From contig NZ_CP026606.1 in NCBI RefSeq assembly GCF_002945325.1, positions 1,050,001 to 1,082,000 of the forward strand: a stretch of 32,000 nt of DNA. Direction: 5' to 3'. The notes under the pieces were generated by a model. It worked only from the letters and a program-made list of their open reading frames with translations, was not told the origin of the DNA and ran no database searches. A program made the position numbers and the translations under genes. This DNA is from Methanococcus maripaludis. GTDB lineage: Archaea > AGJL01 > Methanococci > Methanococcales > Methanococcaceae. This document shows positions 19,182 to 29,226 of this stretch, piece by piece. Positions within the stretch are counted from its first letter, which is position 1. Every line of letters begins with the position of its first letter.

Positions 19182-20018
19182 ATGGATATAAAAGCATATT
19201 TCGAGTTAATCAGGTTAAAAAATTGTTTGACAGCATCTTTTGGGGCATTTATAGGGGGATTAATTGCATCTTACTTCAATCTGGCCATGGTCGATAATTT
19301 AATTCTTGCATCAATAGTCGTTTTTTTAGTTTGCGGGTTTGGAAATGCTTTAAATGATATTTATGATTTAAAAATTGATCGGATAAACAAACCCAAACGA
19401 CCGATTCCTTCAAAACGAATCACCTTGAATAATGCAAAGGTATTTTCATATTCATTGGTAGCTATGGGTCTATTTATATCCCTGTTTAATATATCATGCT
19501 TTTTGATGGCAGTTTTAAATTCGATAGTACTCCAGCAGTATGCAAGCACGTACAAAAAAAATAAAATTATTGGAAACTTAATTGTAGCATATTTAACAGG
19601 TTCAGTCTTTATATTTGGTGGAATTGCTGTTGGAAATATTGATGTTACAATAATGCTCTTTTTATGCGCTTTATTTGCAATGTGGTCACGAGAAATAATT
19701 AAGGATTACGAGGACATCGAAGGAGACATTAAAGAAAAAGTAATTTCAATTCCTATAAAATGTGGTGAAAGGTCAATATATATCGCAGCATTTTTGCTTA
19801 TTTTCGCAATTTTTTTGAGCCCACTACCATATTTATTTGGATTTTTTGGAATTTATTATATTATTTCTGTGGTTTTCTGCGATTTATTATTTTTACTTGG
19901 AATATACAAACTTGTATTCAATCCCTCAAAAATGGAAGCAAAAAAAGCTTCAAGAAATATAAAAATAGTAACAAATCTAGTTTTAATAGCGTTCTTAATC
20001 GGTTCACTATTCAAATGA
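19182..20018 (+). CDS. UbiA-family prenyltransferase, likely digeranylgeranylglyceryl phosphate synthase
   Basis: 278 aa polytopic with NDIYDLKIDRINKPKRPIPSKRI and SREIIKDYEDIEGDIKEKVISIPIKCG. Confidence 0.85.
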   Translation: MDIKAYFELIRLKNCLTASFGAFIGGLIASYFNLAMVDNLILASIVVFLVCGFGNALNDIYDLKIDRINKPKRPIPSKRITLNNAKVFSYSLVAMGLFISLFNISCFLMAVLNSIVLQQYASTYKKNKIIGNLIVAYLTGSVFIFGGIAVGNIDVTIMLFLCALFAMWSREIIKDYEDIEGDIKEKVISIPIKCGERSIYIAAFLLIFAIFLSPLPYLFGFFGIYYIISVVFCDLLFLLGIYKLVFNPSKMEAKKASRNIKIVTNLVLIAFLIGSLFK

Positions 20019-20031
20019 TTTTTTAAATAAA

Positions 20032-21708
20032 TTAAATTGGAAGGCTCGTTCCAAGGAGGCTTCCAGTCATTACTTCTGCAATATACCCAACAATTGATGC
20101 AACCCAGAGCATTATTACAAAGTGCATTAATGAAACCTGGTAGTGTCCTCCATCCATTAATTTTATCAGGTAGCCTGAAACAATTGAATAAATTACGAGT
20201 ACCCCGTAGATTAAATAAGCAATAAGGCTGAAATCTTCAGGGGTTATGATATTCACAATCGATATCATTGTGTCGGGTATATCTAAACTTGTATAAAGTC
20301 CATTAACCATGTTTGCAACCCCTGCCGAAGCGTAAAGGGTAAGGGCCATACCTCCAGCTAATCCGTACATGATCCCGGAGAACTGGCTGACACTTTGATA
20401 TTTTGCTTTTCTTAAGTTAATGATTTTTCTGAAGTTTTTCCCAATCATGTGGGCAGCAACCCCTGCGTTTCCACCTAAAAATGTACAACGTTCAAACATT
20501 TCAGAGAACAGCTGTATCATGTAGCTGCAGGTATCATATCCAAAGTATCGCCATGCTTTCTGGCTGTTTACCCTGATGGATACTCTTTTGTAAAGGCCTT
20601 CCAAGTCTTTTGTTAATGGACCAAAGTCGTTTGATGAGAGGTATTCTAATGAATCAGTCATACCTCCTCCTTTTGCACTAACAGAATCCCCTAGTGACCT
20701 TAAAAAGTCTGGAAAGTTGAATTCTTTTCTTATTACGAGGTTTTCTTCACGCTGTGCGAAATATCCTCCAATAGCAAGTGGACTCATTCCAAGCGCGAAA
20801 ATTATCTGGTAGGGTATTTTCATTATTTGAGGAATTTCTCCAATGAATTTTCCCCATAAAAGGAATAATGTAAATAATACTGTTCCGATAACTGATATTA
20901 TTAGCCATTTTTTTAATTTCAAGTCGATTTTGGTTGGTTTTTCCCCAGTATGCCACAAACGGTCATATGGAAGTCTGCTTTTTATCGCATAGACCAAAAG
21001 TACTTCAATAAGTACAAAACCTAACAGTGCAACTGTCACCATGGTTACAAAATCATAGGGGAGTAGAAATGGTGCAATTATTGCGAAAGTCACGAAAAAG
21101 GATACTGAAGTTACTGCACTGACATACATCTCTTTAAACGTGTCAAGCGTGTAAATTGCCCTTTTGTAGAATTCACCGTAGTCTTCCATCACAATGTCCT
21201 GTTCACCGTGCAAAAATTCTTTTAATTCCTGACCGCTGTCTATTGAATAAGCCATACGATCTAAAAAATCACCAAACTGACTGCTCGGAGACCGGTTTGC
21301 CAAGAACCTGCAGGATTCTGCAAGCGACTGGTTCCATCTTTTAATTAATACAAAAATTTTATGAGATTCTGTTGCAAGCTGGCCTAATTCTTCTTTTTCG
21401 GTTGCTAAAAGGTGCATTAATTCTTTTCTATCCAAATCAGTAATTGAAAGAACACCAAATTTTGTAATGAATATGTGGAGTCTTTCATTTATCTTTTGAC
21501 GTTGAGAATCAAGTTCAATATATGGGTAGCCTATGGCACTTCCCATTAAAAGAAGCGGCAGAAATAATACGACCAATCGAGTGTAGCCTGAAAAGTAGGT
21601 TATTCCCAATATTAATAATAAAATTGAGATGATACTTGCAGGAAGTATAAATTTAAGAATGTAATCTTTTGGTTTTAGTCCAACCCTTGGGAGTATATCA
21701 AAAAACAT
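20032..21708 (-). CDS. arlJ: archaellum assembly membrane protein J
   Basis: Multi-TM FlaJ/TadC-like protein following arlI. The 21756 start would overlap arlI; ATG at 21708 (MFFDILPRVGLKPKD...) follows AAGGTG and is preferred. Confidence 0.92.
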   Translation of the reverse strand: MFFDILPRVGLKPKDYILKFILPASIISILLLILGITYFSGYTRLVVLFLPLLLMGSAIGYPYIELDSQRQKINERLHIFITKFGVLSITDLDRKELMHLLATEKEELGQLATESHKIFVLIKRWNQSLAESCRFLANRSPSSQFGDFLDRMAYSIDSGQELKEFLHGEQDIVMEDYGEFYKRAIYTLDTFKEMYVSAVTSVSFFVTFAIIAPFLLPYDFVTMVTVALLGFVLIEVLLVYAIKSRLPYDRLWHTGEKPTKIDLKLKKWLIISVIGTVLFTLFLLWGKFIGEIPQIMKIPYQIIFALGMSPLAIGGYFAQREENLVIRKEFNFPDFLRSLGDSVSAKGGGMTDSLEYLSSNDFGPLTKDLEGLYKRVSIRVNSQKAWRYFGYDTCSYMIQLFSEMFERCTFLGGNAGVAAHMIGKNFRKIINLRKAKYQSVSQFSGIMYGLAGGMALTLYASAGVANMVNGLYTSLDIPDTMISIVNIITPEDFSLIAYLIYGVLVIYSIVSGYLIKLMDGGHYQVSLMHFVIMLWVASIVGYIAEVMTGSLLGTSLPI

Positions 21709-21718
21709 AAGAAACACC

Positions 21719-23359
21719 TTAAACCTGGAATGGCAGTCCTTCCAATCCTTTTTCATAGAAACTCCAGATAATATCTAAAACCTCGTAGTATCCAAAGATT
21801 CCTCTTGCAATCATTTCTTCGAGAATTCTAACTCTTAAATCAAGTTCATCGTAGATTTCTCTTGGATCTTCGTATCCTGCAACGGTTGCAATTTTGTCTT
21901 CAAGGATGTAACTGTTATTCAATCCGGTAAAGTTGTGGACGTCTTTTTGAGGGTCCCATTCAAAAACACCTCTTGTAATGACTCCATCAACTTCCTTGTA
22001 GTATCCTTCAATTTCTTCAACTGAAACAACTCTTCTTAAGAATTTTCCTCTAGCATAAACTGCAAGCTGGAACAGACAGACGTTTAAGTTATCCATAAAT
22101 GTTTGTGGAATACATATCGGGTCCCCTGTAAGCCTTTGTATCATTTTTCTAACGTTTGCAGCGTGGAACGTTGAAATTACCGGGTGACCGGTCTGCATTG
22201 CCTGGAAAGCAACAGCTCCTTCGACAGACCTGATTTCCCCTACAATAATGTAATTCGGCCTTGACCTTAATGCGGCTCTCAAAAGATCAAATAGTGTAAC
22301 TCTGCTCTCTTCAGGGCCTCTTTCCCTGGTTAATAACTGCTGCCAAACAGGGTTTGGAGGTTTTACCTCAGAAGTATCTTCACAGGAGAATATTTTTGAT
22401 TTAGGCTTGATAAATGGTAAAATTGCATTTAGTGAAGTAGTTTTTCCTGACGCAGTTTCCCCACAGATGAATATACTCATTCCGTATTCAAGGCAGAGCC
22501 AAAGATATGCTGCAGTCTGAGCAGACATTGTACCCCAGCTGATAATTTGGGTAATGCTTATTGGAACGTCTGTAAATTTACGAATTGTAAATGATGGGCC
22601 TTTTAATGAAACGTCCCCTGAATAAAGAATGTTTATCCTTGATCCATCCGGTAAAGAACCATCTACAATTGGTGTAGCGTCAGAAACTGGTCTTCCGATT
22701 CTTTCACACATATTTTTTAAGTAATTGGAAATGTCCCCTTCATCTTCCCATTCAATGTTTGATGGAAGCATATCATAGATTTTGTGAACCAGCTGGCAGT
22801 TTTTAGCACCGATTACGTGAATATCTTCAATGTATGGGTCTCTTTTTATTGGTTCAAGAGTTCCAAGTCCGATTAAGTCTCTTTTCAATAAATAGAGGAA
22901 TTTATCTCTTTCACTTTTATTTATGTTTATTTTTCCAGAATCGGTTATTTTTGACAGAATTCCTTTTTTCTTTTCGTTTTTTTGACTTGATACTTTTGCA
23001 ACCATGTCAAATAGTTTTGTGACTACTTTTCCAAACTCTTCATCGTTTTCAGGAATATCGCTGTATGGCGCATACTCTAATATTTTATCGAGGATGTCGA
23101 AATATTTTTTTCTCTCTTCTGAACCGTTTAATTTAGGTTCTATTGCAATATATCTTGTTTTTAAATTAGGGGTTCCGTAAAGGTGGATAAATATCGGGTC
23201 ACCTATTGGATAAATTATATTTGGATATCTTATTTCTTTAAAATCTCTTGAAAGGCTTGGAACGAATTCTGGGACTTTCATGTAAGTTTTTTTAAATTTT
23301 TCAACGTAATTTTTTAAATGGGGATTGTTCATTTGTGCAGTTTTGAAATCATTAGCCAT
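21719..23359 (-). CDS. arlI: archaellum motor/assembly ATPase I
   Basis: GETASGKTTSLNAI Walker A, TFHAANVRKMIQRLTGD and a type II/IV secretion ATPase fold signature. Confidence 0.95.
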   Translation of the reverse strand: MANDFKTAQMNNPHLKNYVEKFKKTYMKVPEFVPSLSRDFKEIRYPNIIYPIGDPIFIHLYGTPNLKTRYIAIEPKLNGSEERKKYFDILDKILEYAPYSDIPENDEEFGKVVTKLFDMVAKVSSQKNEKKKGILSKITDSGKININKSERDKFLYLLKRDLIGLGTLEPIKRDPYIEDIHVIGAKNCQLVHKIYDMLPSNIEWEDEGDISNYLKNMCERIGRPVSDATPIVDGSLPDGSRINILYSGDVSLKGPSFTIRKFTDVPISITQIISWGTMSAQTAAYLWLCLEYGMSIFICGETASGKTTSLNAILPFIKPKSKIFSCEDTSEVKPPNPVWQQLLTRERGPEESRVTLFDLLRAALRSRPNYIIVGEIRSVEGAVAFQAMQTGHPVISTFHAANVRKMIQRLTGDPICIPQTFMDNLNVCLFQLAVYARGKFLRRVVSVEEIEGYYKEVDGVITRGVFEWDPQKDVHNFTGLNNSYILEDKIATVAGYEDPREIYDELDLRVRILEEMIARGIFGYYEVLDIIWSFYEKGLEGLPFQV

Positions 23360-23368
23360 ATTACCACC

Positions 23369-24070
23369 TTATGCTACAGAGGATATTTCTACGGCAATTC
23401 CAAGTCCTGGATCGACTCTAAATACCATAACTTTCTGGAAGGAACTTTTTGCAAAGTTGTATTTTTCAATTTTAGCAGAATTTTTAAGATTTCCCCCGAA
23501 AGAATAAGTTGCTGTTTTTATGACAATTGTTGCAGAAGTTCTGAGTATTGTCAATATTGATTCAGGGAGTTCTTTTGGGTTTACTGTGTAAATTATAATT
23601 TTATTCATGGATGCAATTCTTTTAAAAAAAGCCATTAAATCTGTGATCTGTACTTCACTTGCATCATTAGATACTAATGTAGAAATAGAATCAAATAAAA
23701 CAATATCTTTTTCATAAAATGCTCTTGTATGCATTACTTTTTTAATAAAGTCATCTTTTATTGCATTTTCTGAAATTAACGGATATACTGGAATGTACAA
23801 AAGATTACCATCTAATAATTTTTTATTTATGGTGTATTTCAAGGACATCATCTGTTTTACAAATTCAGTGGTTGTCAATTGGGTTGATACATAAGAAAGC
23901 GAATAAGAGTTCTGTAAAAATCCGTATGCTAACCGCTGACAGAATATTGACTTTCCGGATGACTCTTCTCCTTCAATTAAGATAACGCTTCCAAAGGGGA
24001 TTCCCCCACCAAGTCTTTTGTGAACGTCATCTCTGCTCAGCTCTATTCTTGCTAGTTTCAAATCAACCAC
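23369..24070 (-). CDS. arlH: archaellum accessory ATP-binding protein H (RecA/KaiC-like)
   Basis: 233 aa with EGEESSGKSIFCQRLAYG Walker A; lies between arlG and arlI. Confidence 0.94.
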   Translation of the reverse strand: MVDLKLARIELSRDDVHKRLGGGIPFGSVILIEGEESSGKSIFCQRLAYGFLQNSYSLSYVSTQLTTTEFVKQMMSLKYTINKKLLDGNLLYIPVYPLISENAIKDDFIKKVMHTRAFYEKDIVLFDSISTLVSNDASEVQITDLMAFFKRIASMNKIIIYTVNPKELPESILTILRTSATIVIKTATYSFGGNLKNSAKIEKYNFAKSSFQKVMVFRVDPGLGIAVEISSVA

Positions 24071-24076
24071 CGATAC

Positions 24077-24529
24077 TTAATTGACATCTCCTGTTATTGT
24101 TCTAGATACGCCATGTTCAGATACTATTTTTATTTTGTGAAATCCAGTTTCGTTATAATTAATTTCAATTTTTCCAACTTCTGATGGACTTAAAACGCTG
24201 CCGGCACCATTTACAATGCTCGTATCAGAAATATCTCGGATTTCTCCATCTATTATTGCTGTTATTGTATCACTTTGAATAGAAATTTGTGTTTTTCCAG
24301 TATTTTTTATATATACTGTACTTATTCCGTTAATTGAATTTCTGGGGATATTTCCTGGATCATTAATAATTTCGAAATCCTGAGATAACTGCGTTGATAA
24401 CGTATCGCCCTTACTGCTGATTCCGAGCGATATTTTGTGCGTACTTGTTGCAAGAATTCCTGCGACAGCGGCCGTAATTATCAAAACACTAACAAAGATT
24501 ATTACTTCTGAGAAAACATTGGATGCCAT
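24077..24529 (-). CDS. arlG: archaellum protein G
   Basis: 150 aa, N-terminal TM then beta-rich domain; operon position. Confidence 0.9.
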   Translation of the reverse strand: MASNVFSEVIIFVSVLIITAAVAGILATSTHKISLGISSKGDTLSTQLSQDFEIINDPGNIPRNSINGISTVYIKNTGKTQISIQSDTITAIIDGEIRDISDTSIVNGAGSVLSPSEVGKIEINYNETGFHKIKIVSEHGVSRTITGDVN

Positions 24530-24569
24530 CTAAATCACAACGCAAAAGTTATCCTAAAAACAAGGATCT

Positions 24570-24977
24570 TTAGTTTAAATTGTAGTAATACTGGTTTCCG
24601 TATTCAGAAACTACCGATATTCTTCCCGGGGAACTTGCATTTACTGAAATATTTACACTTTCTAAAGGTGCTAAATACAGTTCACCAGACGTGATTGTAA
24701 AATTCACGGGAGTTCCGTTGTATAAAACGTCCCAATTATCTAATTCATGTGTTAATTGCCCTTCATTTAAAAGGGTAATGTTCATATTTTCTGATGAATG
24801 TTCAACTGATACAACAGTTATTTTTTCATCTAATTTATTTTTCAAATATTCTGAATGCTGGTTATAAGCATCATTTACTTTTGCAGACGTTAGGTCTACA
24901 GTACTGTACATGTAAATCGAACATATCAGCACTGTAGTCAACAACAACGTTAGTCCCGCAGTTGAACTAAATCCCAT
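24570..24977 (-). CDS. arlF: archaellum protein F
   Basis: 135 aa, N-terminal TM helix then beta-rich domain; operon position. Confidence 0.9.
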   Translation of the reverse strand: MGFSSTAGLTLLLTTVLICSIYMYSTVDLTSAKVNDAYNQHSEYLKNKLDEKITVVSVEHSSENMNITLLNEGQLTHELDNWDVLYNGTPVNFTITSGELYLAPLESVNISVNASSPGRISVVSEYGNQYYYNLN

Positions 24978-25383
24978 AGTATTGCTCTGCGCCTCTTTTT
25001 ATCCTTCTAATTTCCCATTCTAGTTTATCTAAAACTTCGCTTGATATTTTTTTACCATTTAATCTTTCGATAAATAATAATGAAACCAAGTGGTCAGCAA
25101 TAGTTAATTTTCCAGAAGGACTTGCAATGTCGTCATCTTCTATTTTTATTCCTTTTGAGAATTTTAATAGTCCTGAAATTGCATTGTCAGATAACCATCC
25201 TAAGTTGTAGTAGAATTCAAGAATATCTGCAATGTTTGATTGTCCCACTCTTTCTGATAAGTATTCTAACCATTTAAATGCAAATATCAATGAAAATGCA
25301 TCTTCTGGAACAGCTTCTAATTTAGCAGGCTTTTGGGATTCGAGTAATATTGATGATAATGCTGCAGTGTTCATTTCGCTCAC
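24967..25383 (-). CDS. arlE: archaellum protein E (FlaD/E domain)
   Basis: 138 aa, LEAVPEDAFSLIFAFKWLEYLSERVGQSNI..., homologous to the C-terminus of ArlD. Confidence 0.92.
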   Translation of the reverse strand: MSEMNTAALSSILLESQKPAKLEAVPEDAFSLIFAFKWLEYLSERVGQSNIADILEFYYNLGWLSDNAISGLLKFSKGIKIEDDDIASPSGKLTIADHLVSLLFIERLNGKKISSEVLDKLEWEIRRIKRGAEQYYGI

Positions 25384-25401
25384 TCCTTGTAGTTACTTAA
25401 A

Positions 25402-26370
25402 TTACATTTTTTGTAGTTCTTCAGCCCATTTCTTTATTCTATTTATTTCTCTTTCCATGCCTTCAAGTTCTTCAACTGCGATAGGCCTTCCTGCTAATTT
25501 TTCAATGTAGAGTAATGATACAACGTGGTCTTCTGGAGCCATGCATTCATTAGCTTTCCAGTCGATATCTTCATGGAAATACTTCATGTTTTTTGATACT
25601 TTCATCAATTTGCTGATTGCTTTTCCAGATACCCATCCAAGGTTGTGGTAGTAATCAAGTACATCTATTAAATTTCCTGTTCCCACTCTACTAATTAAAA
25701 ATTCAAGCCATTTGAATACTAACATGGTAGAAAGTGTATCTTCGGGCAATTCTTGAAGTCTTGCAGTCGTTTCAACTGCAGGGGTTAATTCAGGTCTCAT
25801 ATTATTTCCCTCCTCAATTTCCAAAGGAACTTTCGAAACAACCTTTTCAATTTTAGGTTCTTCTTTGAACTCAATGATTGGTTCAACAGTCTGTTTTTCA
25901 ATTATTTTTACAGGCTCCACAACGGGTTCCTTAACAGGTTCAATTGAAACTTCAGGTTCTTCGATAATTTCTGGAACATCTACAGCCTTAGAAATTTCGG
26001 GAACTTCAATTTTTTCATCATCGAGATAGTTCAATTCTTTTTTAATGTCATCAGAAACTTTTGTTGCAGATGAAATTGTAGCAACTTTCATCAAAGCATC
26101 TAATTTCTGGCTCAAATCGTTAATTTTATTTGTAAGTTCTGCAGCCTTCTTGTCTTCCGGTTTTTTTCCAAAATAAAGGTCAGAAACTCTTCCAACGATT
26201 TTATCAAGCTGAGGTCTTGTTAATTTTCTGTTTTTTAAATTATTTTTTAAGAGTTCTACGATAAATGAAGGAATTTTGGATCTCAAATCATCCAAATATT
26301 CATCCATTTCACTCTCGGTAAGGTATTCTTCCGAAGCGGAAGCATATTCCATTTTAACGTTACCAATCAT
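25402..26370 (-). CDS. arlD: archaellum protein D
   Basis: FlaD/E domain at the C-terminus (LPEDTLSTMLVFKWLEFLISRVGTGNL...). ATG 26370 (MIGNVKMEYASASEEYLTESEMDEYL) is preferred to the longer 26445 start. Confidence 0.9.
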   Translation of the reverse strand: MIGNVKMEYASASEEYLTESEMDEYLDDLRSKIPSFIVELLKNNLKNRKLTRPQLDKIVGRVSDLYFGKKPEDKKAAELTNKINDLSQKLDALMKVATISSATKVSDDIKKELNYLDDEKIEVPEISKAVDVPEIIEEPEVSIEPVKEPVVEPVKIIEKQTVEPIIEFKEEPKIEKVVSKVPLEIEEGNNMRPELTPAVETTARLQELPEDTLSTMLVFKWLEFLISRVGTGNLIDVLDYYHNLGWVSGKAISKLMKVSKNMKYFHEDIDWKANECMAPEDHVVSLLYIEKLAGRPIAVEELEGMEREINRIKKWAEELQKM

Positions 26371-26920
26371 CGGAATCCTCTCCTGATATTGCTTTGGAGA
26401 ATTCTTCTTCTGCAAGCACTTCATTAATAACTCCATCAAGGTCAATTTGGTGCGTATTTAAATATACGTTTGCCAGAATCACAACATCATTTTGAAGTTC
26501 TTCAACCCTTTTTTTCAGGTTTCGAGATTCATTTTCCATCATTTCTACTTTTTCCATGCTGGTTGCTGTGATTTTTGAAATGCCTATGAATGGATTGATT
26601 TGATTAGATACCACTTCGTAAAGTGCCATCATATCTTGAAAATTTTCGTTAATATTTTGAATGTCACCCCTGAGGTTTTCATTCTCTTTCCTCAGGTTTG
26701 TGACCATCATTTCAATTTTTGGGAACTTGGATTCAAGTTCCCCAATTTTGGCAAGAAGTTCTTCATTTGCAGCAAACAAATCTTCAGATTCGTTCACTGC
26801 TTCCTCTTCAAGTGTAAAACTAAATTCGTCATCAGGTTCAGGTTCTGAACTTTCTTCAGTCTTCCTGCCTAATTTGATCTTCTGTTTTATCTCTTCAATA
26901 ATCTCTGAGATATTAGGCAT
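26360..26920 (-). CDS. arlC: archaellum protein C
   Basis: 186 aa acidic coiled-coil protein between arlB3 and arlD. Confidence 0.9.
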   Translation of the reverse strand: MPNISEIIEEIKQKIKLGRKTEESSEPEPDDEFSFTLEEEAVNESEDLFAANEELLAKIGELESKFPKIEMMVTNLRKENENLRGDIQNINENFQDMMALYEVVSNQINPFIGISKITATSMEKVEMMENESRNLKKRVEELQNDVVILANVYLNTHQIDLDGVINEVLAEEEFSKAISGEDSDDW

Positions 26921-26930
26921 AATATCACCA

Positions 26931-27563
26931 TTATTGAAGTGTAGTTACATTTTCAGTAAATACAGATGGAGCTCTAAATTCAACGATTCCTGATGCACCA
27001 TATTCTGGAATTACTTCACCAGAAACTTTTGAGGTTGAAGCAACATCCATAGTAACTGTAAGGTATACTTTGTCACCGTAATTTATTGTCGGGTGTGTAG
27101 AATCAGTGGTTGAATTATCACTATCCTGTAGTACTATTACACCATATTTGGTGTCAGTACCCCATTCAGTTTCATCAAAAATGCTGTCAGATCCCGCATC
27201 TTTAACAACTGCATTGTGTTGGGCACTGTCGTAAACGAGAGAATATTTTGCATCTCCTGTACTCAATGTCAAAATCGTTGTCGAAAGATCGATTTCTCCA
27301 CCAACATTTGGTGTAACCATAACTGCTAATTTATCAATTGTAGTTTTGTCTGTTGCATGACCAATTACTTTTAAAACTTGTATTCCGCTTGCAACTTGTT
27401 CGGTGCTTTCTTCACCAACGGTTGAAGCTTTGTGCTGAAGTTTTCCAGCGGTATTAATAATTACTGAGGCAGCAATTGCTGCAACGAGTACCATTGCAAT
27501 AAAAATTATCAAGGTACCGATTCCAACGGCACCTTTCTTATTCTTCATGAATTTTTTCACCAT
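26931..27563 (-). CDS. arlB3: archaellin B3
   Basis: [11 protein letters not shown]|[29 protein letters not shown] class III signal peptide; third tandem archaellin. Confidence 0.95.
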   Translation of the reverse strand: MVKKFMKNKKGAVGIGTLIIFIAMVLVAAIAASVIINTAGKLQHKASTVGEESTEQVASGIQVLKVIGHATDKTTIDKLAVMVTPNVGGEIDLSTTILTLSTGDAKYSLVYDSAQHNAVVKDAGSDSIFDETEWGTDTKYGVIVLQDSDNSTTDSTHPTINYGDKVYLTVTMDVASTSKVSGEVIPEYGASGIVEFRAPSVFTENVTTLQ

Positions 27564-27597
27564 TTCACCACCTCGGATAAAAAAATAAGCAAGGGGC

Positions 27598-28248
27598 TTA
27601 TTGTAATGAAACTACTTTTTCAGTGAATGTTGAAGGTGTGGTGAATGAAATAACTCCTGGAGCACCAAATTCTGGCTGAACAGATCCTGAAATTTCCATT
27701 CTTGTATCGAATGAAACTCCGCTTACAATAATTGCAACTATGTCACCTTTGTTGATAACTGGTGCTGAACTTGTAAATGAGAGATCTGCATCTTGAATTT
27801 CAACTATTCCAAATTCTGTAGTATCTGCTAATTTTGACCAGTTTACAGTTGTAGTGTTGTAAAGGTCTCCACCTGCAGTTAGGTTTGTGTATGCAGTAGT
27901 ATCGTATTTAGTAACGGTTTTTGTACTTCCGTCTGAAAGTGTTAAAACAACCTGATTCATGTCGATTGCAGCACTTCCTGCGTTAGGAGTTATGTAAATT
28001 GCTAATTTTGTAATGTTTGCACCAGCTGAACCATCTTGGTATCCGCTAATACCCATAATTTGTAAACCGCTTGCAACTTGTTCGGTACTATCTTTACCGG
28101 TAGTTGAAGCTTTCTGTTGTAAATATCCGCTTGTGTTAATTAAAACACTTGCTGCAACTGCAGCAACTAGTACCATTGCAATAAAAACAATCAAGGTTCC
28201 GATTCCAGAAGCACCTTTTTTGTTTTTCATGAATTCTGTTATTTTCAT
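27598..28248 (-). CDS. arlB2: archaellin B2
   Basis: [12 protein letters not shown]|[29 protein letters not shown] class III signal peptide. Confidence 0.95.
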   Translation of the reverse strand: MKITEFMKNKKGASGIGTLIVFIAMVLVAAVAASVLINTSGYLQQKASTTGKDSTEQVASGLQIMGISGYQDGSAGANITKLAIYITPNAGSAAIDMNQVVLTLSDGSTKTVTKYDTTAYTNLTAGGDLYNTTTVNWSKLADTTEFGIVEIQDADLSFTSSAPVINKGDIVAIIVSGVSFDTRMEISGSVQPEFGAPGVISFTTPSTFTEKVVSLQ

Positions 28249-28285
28249 AATTGAACCTCCAATAAGGATGAATTTTTTAAATTAA

Positions 28286-28921
28286 TTATTGAAGTTCTAC
28301 AAGTGCTGTTGTGTATGAAGCAGGGGTTGTAAATGAAATAACTCCTGGAGCACCAAATTCTGGCTGAACTTTTCCTGAGATTGCAGTTCTTTCAGGGATT
28401 TCTCCACCAAATGATGCATTAACGTCAACAATCAATGCTACAGCATCTCCTTTGTTGATAACTGCATTGTCAACTGCTGAATCATCGTAATCTTGTAAAA
28501 TATTTACTTGGAATGTGGTTGCGGTTGCGCCAGTGTCGTTTGAAAATACACTTGAGTTTCCGCTACTCATGTCTTGGTTACCGCCGTAACCTAAAACTAC
28601 GCTTTTTCCGTCGTAATCAAGCATAATTTTTGTTTGTGCTAAATCGATTGCAGAACTTCCTGCGTTAGGACATAAGTAAATTGCAAGCAATTTAACATCT
28701 GAAGTTCCAACGCTTCCAGTAATTCCGTTTATTAATAAACCGCTTGCAACTTGTTCGGTACTTTCTTTACCGGTAGTTGAAGCTTTCTGTTGTAAGAATC
28801 CGCTTGTGTTAATTAAAACACTTGCTGCAACTGCAGCAACTAATACCATTGCAATAAAAACAATCAAGGTACCAATTCCGGAAGCACCTTTTTTGTTTTT
28901 CATGAATTCTGTTATTTTCAT
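28286..28921 (-). CDS. arlB1: archaellin B1
   Basis: Same signal peptide as B2. True start is ATG 28921-28919 after aggaggttcaatc; the tracked start at 29065 runs through the leader. Confidence 0.95.
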   Translation of the reverse strand: MKITEFMKNKKGASGIGTLIVFIAMVLVAAVAASVLINTSGFLQQKASTTGKESTEQVASGLLINGITGSVGTSDVKLLAIYLCPNAGSSAIDLAQTKIMLDYDGKSVVLGYGGNQDMSSGNSSVFSNDTGATATTFQVNILQDYDDSAVDNAVINKGDAVALIVDVNASFGGEIPERTAISGKVQPEFGAPGVISFTTPASYTTALVELQ

Positions 28922-29045
28922 GATTGAACCTCCTAAGTTCACCAGACTTTCTTTTCGAGAGTTTCTAGCCTTTAGAATCTCGTATGAATCCTTGAGATTT
29001 TTACCTCTTCGGGGATATTCCCGAAGAAATATGTCGTTTTTTGTT

Positions 29046-29055
29046 AATATATACT
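29046..29055 (-). promoter_or_regulatory. TATA box of the archaellum operon promoter
   Basis: Minus strand AGTATATATT within gcaaaaaaagtatatattaac, about 125 nt upstream of the arlB1 start. Confidence 0.7.
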
Positions 29056-29098
29056 TTTTTTGCACTTATTTTGGCATATGGTGCTGTATTTGGTTTTG

Positions 29099-29124
29099 TA
29101 TGTAGTTATGTATATGATTATGTA
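29099..29124 (-). promoter_or_regulatory. cluster of three TACATA motifs, candidate EarA activator sites
   Basis: TACATA on the minus strand (TATGTA on plus) at 29099-29104, 29107-29112 and 29119-29124, upstream of the arl TATA box. Confidence 0.7.
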
Positions 29125-29226
29125 GGTAAATTTAATGAAAAAACGGTTAACCTACACAAACACATGCAAAAAACGAATATAATCCATTTAATTCATAATA
29201 ATATTACTATTAAAAGCGTGATAATA

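Noticed and set aside
21709-21756. Extended ArlJ N-terminus overlapping arlI
   Set aside because: ATG 21708 has a well-spaced AAGGTG RBS, and the longer version overlaps the arlI coding end.
28922-29065. N-terminal extension of archaellin B1 (MQKKYILTKNDIFLREYPRRGKN...)
   Set aside because: Class III signal peptide and strong RBS place the start at 28921; upstream is the structured leader.
29041-29226. N-terminal extension MLIYTFFALILAYGAVFGFVCSYVYDYVG... of the HEAT-like protein (apparent TM helix)
   Set aside because: It would span the arl TATA box and TACATA sites. The ATG at 29227 starts the part that looks like genuine protein; the hydrophobic translation probably comes from T-rich promoter sequence.
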